From Chlamydiales bacterium (GTDB lineage Bacteria > Chlamydiota > Chlamydiia > Chlamydiales > SM23-39), in assembly GCA_965261025.1 (NCBI GenBank), contig OZ253438.1, positions 1,350,001 to 1,382,000 of the forward strand: DNA of 32,000 bases. Reading direction: 5' to 3'. The notes below the pieces were generated by a model. That model did not search any database, was not told the origin of the DNA, and saw nothing but the letters and a program-made list of their open reading frames with translations. Positions 21,368-29,226 of the stretch are shown here, piece after piece (within the stretch, counting starts at the first letter, position 1; each line of letters starts with the position of its first letter). A program made the position numbers and the translations under genes.

Positions 21368-23679
21368 GAGTGTCTCCCAGGACTAGGGGGAGGACTTAAT
21401 AGAGCCAGGTTTTGCAACAGGTTTTTTTGATCCTCAAAAGCAAGCGCCTTAAATCCGTTTATGAGCTCTTCGTTTGTGAGTGATGTATCGCTTTGTTTTC
21501 TGTTTTGCAGAGAGCGTGCAAGGGTCTCTTCTGTTAGGCTCAATCTGTTAGCTTGTTCCAGAAACAGAGCCATCTTAGGTGAATAAGAGGCTACTAGGAG
21601 GCTTTCATCTGGTTTTTGGATGCTGGTGATATATTTCATCAAGGCCTGTTGAGTTTTTCTTATTTCTTCTTCTAATTGAGACCTTTCTTCTCTTTGTCCT
21701 AGAGAAAGAGTTCCAAGCTCTTCTTGGGCTTTGTTAAGGCTCTCCGTTCTCTCTGCAAGGGAACTTTGAAGTTCTGAGATTCTGCTTAAAAGTCTATTGT
21801 TTGCGATTTCTTGATCTTTTTCAAAAGAGATTTTTCGGTTTTGAAGCTGCTCTAACTCTTTTAAGAGACTTTCCTTTTCTTTTTCTAATGTTTCAATAGT
21901 AGAAGATCTAGTTTCAAGATGAGAATCTAAAGTAGAAAGCTGTTGTTTAAGGTCGCTATTTTCTTTTCTTTGTTGCTCTAAAAGAGCTTCTATCTGATTT
22001 TCCTCATTAGAAGTAGAGACTGTCTCTGAAGGGCCTTGAAGAGTTAGTCGGTTTTTCATTTCTTTCATGGCTTGTTTGGTTTTCTCTAGTTCTTTTTGTT
22101 GACTCTCTATTGTACTCAATTGAGAAGTCTTCTCTTCGATAGCTTGCTCTAAATCTTTTCTACTGCTTTCCAGTGCCTGTATTAATTCGGAGATTTCTTC
22201 TGACTGCTTTTTATTTGTTTCGATCAATTGGCTTAGGTCTTGAGAAGACTCCTGCTGAGGTGTAGTAGTTTGTCTTGAAGTGAAGGTAATTCCTGAGAGG
22301 AAGTTTTCATCTTCTTTTTGTTTCTGAGCAGAAGAAGCACTTGAGGCGCTAGCTTTCAAAATAGCTATTTCGCTATTCAGGGCTTGTAACTGACTTTGAA
22401 GAGTTAAAATGGTACCATCTTTAGCCCTACCGTCTTCTTTGGCCTTTTCAAGATCTTGGGTTACTGTAGCAAGTCTAGCTTCTAAGCGATTTTTTTCCTC
22501 TTGTAGCTCTTTAAGCTGCTCTTCTAGGGAAGAAGTATGACTTTTTAGTCCTGAGAGTTCTTGTTCTTTTTGGGCTAGCGAACTTTGAAGAGAAGTTATT
22601 TGGTTTTGTAGCTGCGTTTTCTCTTGGTTAGCTTGTGTAAGCTTTTCTTGGAGCGCTTTGGTAGTGTTGTTAAGGGTTTCTTTTTCTGCTTGAAGTTTTG
22701 CTAGCTGCTCTTCTAGGGAAGAAGTATGACTTTTTAGTCCTGAGAGTTCTTGTTCTTTTTGGGCTAGCGAACTTTGAAGAGAAGTTATTTGGTTTTGTAG
22801 CTGCGTTTTCTCTTGGTTAGCTTGTGTAAGCTTTTCTTGGAGCGCTTTGGTAGTGTTGTTAAGAGTTTCTTTTTCTGCTTGAAGTTTTGCTAGCTGCTCT
22901 TCTAGGGAAGAAATACGGCTTTTTAGTCCTGAGAGCTCTTCTTCTTTTTGGGCTAGCGAACTTTGAAGAGAAGTTACCTGGCTTTGTAGCTGCGTTTTCT
23001 CTTGGTTAGCTTGTGTAAGCTTTTCTTGGAGCGCTTTGGTAGTGTTGTTAAGAGTTTCTTTTTCTGCTTGAAGTTTTGCTAGCTGCTCTTCCAGGGAAGA
23101 AATACGGCTTTTTAGTCCTGAGAGTGCTTGTTCTTTTTGGGCTAGCGAACTTTGAAGAGAAGTTACCTGGTTTTGTAGTTGCGTTTTCTCTTGGTTAGCT
23201 TGTGTAAGCTTTTCTTGGAGCGCTTTGGTGTTGTTAAGAGTTTGTTTTTCTGCTTGAAGCTTTGCTAGCTTGTTTTCAATTTCTTGAACATCTTCTAATT
23301 TTTTCTCAAGGTTTTGTAGTCTGTTTTCATAATTTGCTAAAGTTTTTCTTAAAGCTTGATTTTCAGAAAAAAGATCTTCAGGTTTAGGGGTAAGAGAATA
23401 AGAATGAGGAGGAAAGGATAAGGGAAGGCTTTTTTCTGCTTTTTGTACTTTTCCTAAGTTAAAAATAGCCTCCCACGCTTTTAAGAGAGGACCTTGTAAA
23501 TTAGTTATTGTGTGAAAACCTTGCTTAGAAACTAGCTGTAAATAGCTTGTTTCTCCTAGCTTTCCTGCTGTTATGTCTGCCTGACCATAATCTTTTACAA
23601 GAAAATTCTTTGCTTCTTGCGCTTCTAGATTAAGAGATAAAGAGCTAGTTTTTGTATTGTTATATCTTTGTACAGTCAT
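21364..23679 (-). CDS. Large coiled-coil repeat protein (771 aa), function unknown; candidate secreted effector or structural protein
   Basis: Uninterrupted 771-codon ORF. It is Q/E/K/L/S-rich with heptad periodicity along most of its length. It has a non-repetitive about 100-aa N-terminus without a signal peptide, four 63-aa tandem repeats, and a Pro-rich C-terminal tip (LLSPPPSPGRHS). Confidence 0.8.
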   Translation of the reverse strand: MTVQRYNNTKTSSLSLNLEAQEAKNFLVKDYGQADITAGKLGETSYLQLVSKQGFHTITNLQGPLLKAWEAIFNLGKVQKAEKSLPLSFPPHSYSLTPKPEDLFSENQALRKTLANYENRLQNLEKKLEDVQEIENKLAKLQAEKQTLNNTKALQEKLTQANQEKTQLQNQVTSLQSSLAQKEQALSGLKSRISSLEEQLAKLQAEKETLNNTTKALQEKLTQANQEKTQLQSQVTSLQSSLAQKEEELSGLKSRISSLEEQLAKLQAEKETLNNTTKALQEKLTQANQEKTQLQNQITSLQSSLAQKEQELSGLKSHTSSLEEQLAKLQAEKETLNNTTKALQEKLTQANQEKTQLQNQITSLQSSLAQKEQELSGLKSHTSSLEEQLKELQEEKNRLEARLATVTQDLEKAKEDGRAKDGTILTLQSQLQALNSEIAILKASASSASSAQKQKEDENFLSGITFTSRQTTTPQQESSQDLSQLIETNKKQSEEISELIQALESSRKDLEQAIEEKTSQLSTIESQQKELEKTKQAMKEMKNRLTLQGPSETVSTSNEENQIEALLEQQRKENSDLKQQLSTLDSHLETRSSTIETLEKEKESLLKELEQLQNRKISFEKDQEIANNRLLSRISELQSSLAERTESLNKAQEELGTLSLGQREERSQLEEEIRKTQQALMKYITSIQKPDESLLVASYSPKMALFLEQANRLSLTEETLARSLQNRKQSDTSLTNEELINGFKALAFEDQKNLLQNLALLSPPPSPGRHS
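22516..23268 (-). repeat. In-frame tandem repeat array, 4 copies x 189 bp (one copy 186 bp), inside the coiled-coil gene
   Basis: Copy boundaries are 22516-22704, 22705-22893, 22894-23082 and 23083-23268. The first two differ at a single nucleotide (aagGgtttc vs aagAgtttc). The fourth lacks one codon (NNTKAL vs NNTTKAL). Degenerate partial copies flank both ends. Confidence 0.95.
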
Positions 23680-23876
23680 TTTACTTACTAAGTTTTAAAT
23701 ATATATAAATATTCTAACACATTTACTAATAAAATTAAAGTTTATTTTTTAAAACAAAACTTTTCTAGAATAATTTAATTTAACGCATTATGGATTAATG
23801 AGTTATATAGAATTTTCTGAGACTTCTTGGATGGAAAAGCAAAATGCAGTATCTTAAAGGAAAATAAGCAGTAGTT

Positions 23877-24737
23877 ATGTCTTCCGGCTGGTTCTCAGAA
23901 AGTTACGTTATAAACCATGGGGTTGCGACCCTGTTGTTTTTAGCCGTTTTGGTCTTTTCTAGGGTCTTTTTGACTAAGACGATCCGCACCATTGATAGGC
24001 CTTGGAGCGCAGAGCAAAGGCTTAGACTCATAGGGTATGTTCGAAGTTTTTTCTTTGGGATTTTAGTTTTAGGCCTCCTGTATATATGGGGAGAGCAGGT
24101 TCATAATTTTGCGGTTTCTTTATTTGCTATAGCCTTTGCTTTGGTTTTTTCTGTCAAAGAGCTTTGTATGTGTGTTAACGGCTCGGTTTTTCGCTTACGG
24201 GGAAATCTTTATAACTTAGGGGATCGGATAGAAATTAATGGGACAAGGGGGGAGGTAATTGATATGAACCTTTTTTCTACTACCCTTTTAGAAAATGATC
24301 CCCATGGAAAGGGACATCACCATACAGGAAGGGTGGTTATTTTTCCAAATAGCTTTGTTATGAGCCATTTTGTTGCAAATGAGTCTTTTGTAGATCATTT
24401 TTTGTTTCATACCTTGAATATCCCCTTACGTTTTAATGAAGATTGGAAAAAGGCAAAAGAACTTCTTTTAAGCATTGCTAAAGAAGAGTGTACTCCTTAT
24501 TTAGAGATGGCTAGAAAAAGAGTTTCTGAAGTAGCTCGCCATAAAAGTGTAGACTTTCCCTCTGTAGAGCCTAGAGTGGTAATTCAGATGGTAGAGCCTT
24601 TGCAGATTAATCTTAGTCTAAGATTTCCAGGTCCTGCTCACTTAAAAGGGAGACTAGAGCAAACAATCTTAAGCCGCTTTCTAGAAAAGTTTTTCTTAAA
24701 AACTGAACCAGATACCGAAGCGGTAGAAACCCGTTAA
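23877..24737 (+). CDS. Small-conductance mechanosensitive channel (MscS family)
   Basis: Three N-terminal TM helices, then the MscS beta-domain pattern LGDRIEINGTRGEVIDMNLFSTTLLEND...GRVVIFPNSFV. Confidence 0.8.
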   Translation: MSSGWFSESYVINHGVATLLFLAVLVFSRVFLTKTIRTIDRPWSAEQRLRLIGYVRSFFFGILVLGLLYIWGEQVHNFAVSLFAIAFALVFSVKELCMCVNGSVFRLRGNLYNLGDRIEINGTRGEVIDMNLFSTTLLENDPHGKGHHHTGRVVIFPNSFVMSHFVANESFVDHFLFHTLNIPLRFNEDWKKAKELLLSIAKEECTPYLEMARKRVSEVARHKSVDFPSVEPRVVIQMVEPLQINLSLRFPGPAHLKGRLEQTILSRFLEKFFLKTEPDTEAVETR

Positions 24738-26548
24738 GACTTCTTTACTAAAAGCTCTTCCAAAAGCTCGAGGTTATTCTGTACAAGTCCTGCTATTTGT
24801 TCTGTTGCTAGCTCTTTTTGAGAGAGAGAGCAAAGTTGATAGATTTGCTGAAAGATCTTCTTAGAAAGAGAAGGCGTCGTTAAGCGCATCTGGGCTGCTT
24901 GCTGTACTAGTTTGTGATTGGTATTGATCACAAAAGTCTTTTTCAAAGGAAGAGCAAAATCTTGTCCTTGGCTCATTTTGAAATAATCATTCATCCTTCT
25001 TTCTTTCTCATCAAAAGAGAACAAGGCAGGAAGAGTAGTGCTTGCTAAACTCTTTGCCTCTACTTGTAGATCAGAAATACCTAGAGTAGACTTTACAAAA
25101 TCAGCAAGATGACTTGCTTGAGATCTTCCGTCTGCTTCCAAAAGAGATTTCTCCTTAGAAGGATCTAGAAAAATATCTTCTAAAGAAGAGTCTACCCTTT
25201 GAAAAGCTACTTTTTCTTTTTCCTCGATTAGGTTGATAAGGGGAATATCAAAGAAAGGGTTTACTACAAAGACAGGTAACCCTTTTTCCTCAAACACCTT
25301 CGCCAGAGAAGGAGGAAGCTTGGCATCTTGGGTGTAGTAAATTTTTCCTTGGGATTTCTCTTGATAAAGAGCTTTATATTCTTCTAAAGTAGAGTATTTC
25401 CCCATTAAGTCTTTCCAAAGAAATACTTCCTTGATTTTTTCATAAAACTTGTCATCTTGTAGAGCTCCATACTTTATTACAGGCTCTATATCAGGCCAAA
25501 ATTGCTCAAAAGTTTTAGGTTCACTCTGATATAAGTGTTTTAGTCTATCTGCTACTTTTTTCCCAATGTGAGAACTGAGTTGTTTTACTTTCTGGTCTGC
25601 CTGTAGATAAGATCGGGAAACATTTAAAGGAATGTCAGGGCTATCTAGAGCTCCTTGTAAAACCGTCAAAAAATCAGGGAGAAGATCTTTCAAAGACTGA
25701 GAGACAAAAACTCGATTACAATATAGCTGGACTTTTCCTTTAGAAAATTCAAGCTGTTTCGTCATTTTCGGAAAGTACAAAATCCCTTTGAGATGAAAAG
25801 GATAGTCAGTCTGAAGATGGATCCAAAAGATAGGATCAGGTTCCAGCGGGTAGAGCTTGTGATAGAAATCGAGATACTCTTTTTTCGAACACTCCGAAGA
25901 GTTTTTTAGCCATAAAGGAGGCTCATGGTTGATTTTTTTTCCGTTTAGATAAATAGGAAAAGGTAAAAAAGAACAGTAAGTTTGTAAAAGGGAAGAGAGT
26001 TTTCCCTCATCTAAAAGATCTTCTGCTTCCTTTTGAAGGAAAAGAGCAATTTGTGTCCCTCTTTCTTTTTTAGAACCCTTTTCTATAAGATAAGAAGAGC
26101 TTCCATCGCAAGACCAAAAGACCGGGTGGGCGTCTTTTTGGTAAGAAAGAGTCTCTATTTCTACATGAGAAGAGACCATATACGAAGAATAAAATCCTAG
26201 TCCAAAATGGCCTATCATCTCCTCTTTTCTTTGGTACTTCTCGGCAAATTCTTGTGCTCCAGAAAAGGCAATTTGAGCAATGTACTTTTCCACCTCTTCT
26301 TGCGTCATCCCAATACCTGTATCAGAGAAAAGAATCGCTTTTCTCTCTTTATCCAGGGTAAGATCAATCCGCAAAGAGGACTCTTCCAAATGGAGAGATT
26401 CTTGCTTATTTAACAGTTTTAATTTAGAAAGAGCGTCTGTAGCATTAGAGACAAGTTCCCTGACAAAAATGTCCCTCTCAGAATAGAGCCACTTCTTAAT
26501 AATAGGTAAGATATTTTCACTATGAATTTTTAATGTTTTTTGTGTCAT
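24734..26548 (-). CDS. htpG: Molecular chaperone HtpG (Hsp90)
   Basis: GHKL ATPase N-domain motifs (FVRELVSNATDALSKL, DTGIGMT, IGHFGLGFYSSYMV), at about 600 aa. Its start lies 2 nt downstream of the NSS transporter stop, implying co-transcription. Confidence 0.95.
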   Translation of the reverse strand: MTQKTLKIHSENILPIIKKWLYSERDIFVRELVSNATDALSKLKLLNKQESLHLEESSLRIDLTLDKERKAILFSDTGIGMTQEEVEKYIAQIAFSGAQEFAEKYQRKEEMIGHFGLGFYSSYMVSSHVEIETLSYQKDAHPVFWSCDGSSSYLIEKGSKKERGTQIALFLQKEAEDLLDEGKLSSLLQTYCSFLPFPIYLNGKKINHEPPLWLKNSSECSKKEYLDFYHKLYPLEPDPIFWIHLQTDYPFHLKGILYFPKMTKQLEFSKGKVQLYCNRVFVSQSLKDLLPDFLTVLQGALDSPDIPLNVSRSYLQADQKVKQLSSHIGKKVADRLKHLYQSEPKTFEQFWPDIEPVIKYGALQDDKFYEKIKEVFLWKDLMGKYSTLEEYKALYQEKSQGKIYYTQDAKLPPSLAKVFEEKGLPVFVVNPFFDIPLINLIEEKEKVAFQRVDSSLEDIFLDPSKEKSLLEADGRSQASHLADFVKSTLGISDLQVEAKSLASTTLPALFSFDEKERRMNDYFKMSQGQDFALPLKKTFVINTNHKLVQQAAQMRLTTPSLSKKIFQQIYQLCSLSQKELATEQIAGLVQNNLELLEELLVKKS

Positions 26549-26550
26549 AA

Positions 26551-27927
26551 TTAACTAAACCACCCGTTGATATCAATCACTTTAGCCTCTTGTAAAATAA
26601 TGATTAGCACTCCCACAGGAGCTACCCATCGGATTAGAAAGAACCATAAACGAAGTCCTTTCCTTAGGGTAGTTCCTTTCAAGTACTCTTCTTTAGCAAT
26701 CTTCTTATCCATAAACCACCCTACAAAAATGGCTACCAAAAGCCCAGAAATAGGCATCATCCAGCTACCTGTAATGTAGTTTAAAGTGTCAAAAAAATTT
26801 TTCCCGTAAATGCTTTTCCACTGAGGAAAAATAGCCCCAGATCCCGATAAAGCAGAAGGAATTCCAAAGAAGAAAGCACCCAAACCAGAAAGAAAAACCG
26901 CCTTTTTTCGCTTCCAATGGAAAAGCTCCATGAGATTAGAGACGATCACTTCTAAAATAGAGATAGAAGAGGTTAAAGCAGCAAAGACGAACAAAATAAA
27001 GAAAACAGTTGATAAGAGAACAGAAGCAGGGAGTTGGGAGAATAAAATCGGAAGAGTTTGAAATACAAGGCCAGGTCCAGAAGAGGCCTTTAACCCAAAA
27101 GAAAAAACAATCGGAAAAATCATTAAAGCAGCAAAAAGGGAAACTAAAGTAGAAGTAATGGCTACCACAAAACCCGTTTTAGGGATGTCTGTGCTAGGTT
27201 TCATGTAACTACCGTAGGTCACAAGGATTCCAAGACCAATACTCAAAGTCCAAAAAGACATTCCCAAGGCGTCTAAAACAGCGCCACTGGAAAGTCTTTC
27301 AAAAGAAGGATAAAGAGTAAAGTGAACCGCTTTTGAAAAACCAGGAAGAGTAATAGCAAAAGAAAATAAAGCTAGAAGAATTACGAGCAAAGCGGGAGTC
27401 AAAATTTTGCTCCAATGTTCAATTCCTTTTTTTACTCCTCCAAAAACCACCCCTACCGTCATAAGCATAAAGATGAAATGCCAGAAAAGACTCATTTCAG
27501 AAGAAGCAAAAAGGGTCTCGAAAACCTGACTGATTTGCTCTGGCGTTTTCCCTAGCGTAAATTGACTTAAAGACATGAAGGTATAGTTAACAGCCCAACC
27601 CGCTACTACGCTATAGTAAGAGAGAATCAAAAAGTTTGTTACTATATTCAGCCATCCTGCCATTTTCCAATTACTCGAAGGTTTAGAAAGGCTTTCATAG
27701 GAAAGCACGGCTCCTTTCTGAGCAGATCTACCTATTACCAGCTCTGCTATAAAAACAGGGATTCCAATGAGTAAGGTGAAAAGGAGATACAAAATGACAA
27801 AGGCACCGCCCCCATTTTGCCCTATGATGTAAGGAAACCTCCATAAGCTTCCAAGACCGATAGCAGAACCTGCCGTGGCCATGAGAAAACCTACTTTCGA
27901 TCCCCAATGCTCCCTTTGTTCTTTCAT
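26551..27927 (-). CDS. Sodium-dependent transporter, neurotransmitter:sodium symporter (NSS/SNF) family
   Basis: N-terminus REHWGSKVGFLMATAGSAIGLGSLWRFPY is the SNF family signature. It has about 11-12 predicted TM helices. Confidence 0.9.
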   Translation of the reverse strand: MKEQREHWGSKVGFLMATAGSAIGLGSLWRFPYIIGQNGGGAFVILYLLFTLLIGIPVFIAELVIGRSAQKGAVLSYESLSKPSSNWKMAGWLNIVTNFLILSYYSVVAGWAVNYTFMSLSQFTLGKTPEQISQVFETLFASSEMSLFWHFIFMLMTVGVVFGGVKKGIEHWSKILTPALLVILLALFSFAITLPGFSKAVHFTLYPSFERLSSGAVLDALGMSFWTLSIGLGILVTYGSYMKPSTDIPKTGFVVAITSTLVSLFAALMIFPIVFSFGLKASSGPGLVFQTLPILFSQLPASVLLSTVFFILFVFAALTSSISILEVIVSNLMELFHWKRKKAVFLSGLGAFFFGIPSALSGSGAIFPQWKSIYGKNFFDTLNYITGSWMMPISGLLVAIFVGWFMDKKIAKEEYLKGTTLRKGLRLWFFLIRWVAPVGVLIIILQEAKVIDINGWFS

Positions 27928-28074
27928 AAAAACGTACAGATTCCTTCAAAAACTAAGAAGCTCATACTAACATCTATAGAGTTAATAAGCGAGGGGATTT
28001 TTACACAGGACTTCCTATAAAATGGTAAGGAGCGCTCCCATTGCGAATTAGCGGAATAGGAATTATTCTCTTTT

Positions 28075-29133
28075 CTAGTAAAGACCTTCTAGCGCCGAGA
28101 GGACCTCACAAGAAAGATCTATCAGTTGACGGGGAAAAGAAGCTTCATCTGAAGAAACGGAGCGGCTTGTTTTTACATAGAAACTTAAGATCGATAGGCA
28201 AGATAGAAAAATTCCTGAAGGAGAAAAGGAAGATCCTAGAACAAGGGACAGATAAAATAGAGTTTCAAAAAGAGAAACAACGGATTCAGGGAGAAGCTTT
28301 TTTTGAGCTAAAAATAGGGCTGTTTCTCCAAGAAAAACGAAGGGGAGCAAGGAAAGAGCTTTGTTAGAAAAAAGACCCAAGAAACCAAAATACGCCAAAG
28401 AAAGTAAGTAAGACACCTTAATAAGGGACTGAAATGCTTTGGAATGAAAAAAATGTATTGCCTTGGGGAAAAGATCTATAAAACCCTGGAAAGATTTTGT
28501 AAGCTCTTCCATACTGCGATAACACAGCCATTTTTTTTCCACATTGCTTAGGGTTTCCTGTGAGTGCGGATTCTCGAAGGGGGAAAGGGAAGCTTGAGGA
28601 GGAAGAGCGCTATCGTTGCTGTGGTTCATTTCTCTAAGATGATTCTGTACCATTTCTATACTAAGCTGGGTAGAAGAAAAGAAACTTTTAAGAAACGTTG
28701 TGGCTTGTTCTTTGTCTTGTTCAGAAAAGGGGCGCCCAAGAATCGATTGTATCTTTTGCTGATCCTCAGAAAGCTCAGATTGTACTCCTTTCAGTAGGTC
28801 TTTATACAAATCTATCAAGAACTCTGGATTTGTTTTTTCTTTTTCAAGAAATGTTTTTACGGGAGAGTAAAAAAAGAGGTTTACCTGGGAAGTCATGTAG
28901 AATAAGGCTTGCAGGCTTTGTGAGACAACATGTACCCTGTGTACCAGGGGAGAGCTTGGATGAAAAGAAAGTATCAGTTGGGTTAGAGAGTTAATCCTGT
29001 CCCAAAAAAAGGCAGAAAGACAAGAATTTTCTTGATTCAAGTGAGAAGCAATGGAAACGTCTCCTGCGGTATTACTTAAGAAAATCCCAGAAGGGGATTG
29101 AAAAACCCGAAGGGTCGTATAAACAGGGCCCAA
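28075..29133 (-). CDS. Hypothetical membrane protein with two bilobed hydrophobic domains (candidate inclusion-membrane, Inc-like, protein)
   Basis: TTG start with AGGAG 8 nt upstream. The soluble N-terminal about 235 aa has no signal peptide. Two hairpin-like TM pairs follow: VSYLLSLAYFGFLGLF-SNKA-LSLLPFVFLGETALFLA and VVSLFETLFYLSLVLGSSF-SPSG-IFLSCLSILSFYV. I recognise no conserved catalytic motif. Confidence 0.55.
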   Translation of the reverse strand: MGPVYTTLRVFQSPSGIFLSNTAGDVSIASHLNQENSCLSAFFWDRINSLTQLILSFHPSSPLVHRVHVVSQSLQALFYMTSQVNLFFYSPVKTFLEKEKTNPEFLIDLYKDLLKGVQSELSEDQQKIQSILGRPFSEQDKEQATTFLKSFFSSTQLSIEMVQNHLREMNHSNDSALPPQASLSPFENPHSQETLSNVEKKWLCYRSMEELTKSFQGFIDLFPKAIHFFHSKAFQSLIKVSYLLSLAYFGFLGLFSNKALSLLPFVFLGETALFLAQKKLLPESVVSLFETLFYLSLVLGSSFSPSGIFLSCLSILSFYVKTSRSVSSDEASFPRQLIDLSCEVLSALEGLY

Positions 29134-29226
29134 AAGAAAAACTCCTTTAACTGCTATCTTTAAGAGGGCGCTATTATAGAGGAAAAACTATAAAAAGGCA
29201 GTTTTTTTTTAAGAAATGAAGGAATT

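Noticed and set aside
22516-23268. Regularly spaced near-identical repeats that could look like a CRISPR array or a satellite
   Set aside because: The 189-bp units are directly abutting with no spacers. They are in frame and encode a continuous heptad-repeat protein, and no cas genes are nearby.
28029-28038. Perfect 10-bp palindrome GGAGCGCTCC upstream of the NSS-htpG operon, considered as an operator (for example a CIRCE-like HrcA site)
   Set aside because: It does not resemble CIRCE (TTAGCACTC-N9-GAGTGCTAA). It is too short to be distinguished from chance, and no second copy occurs in the window.
28041-28994. Plus-strand ORFs 28041..28367, 28564..28797 and 28698..28994
   Set aside because: They are antisense to the 352-aa membrane-protein ORF, which has an SD-supported start. 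Their products are K/R/E-rich translations of a purine-rich antisense strand.
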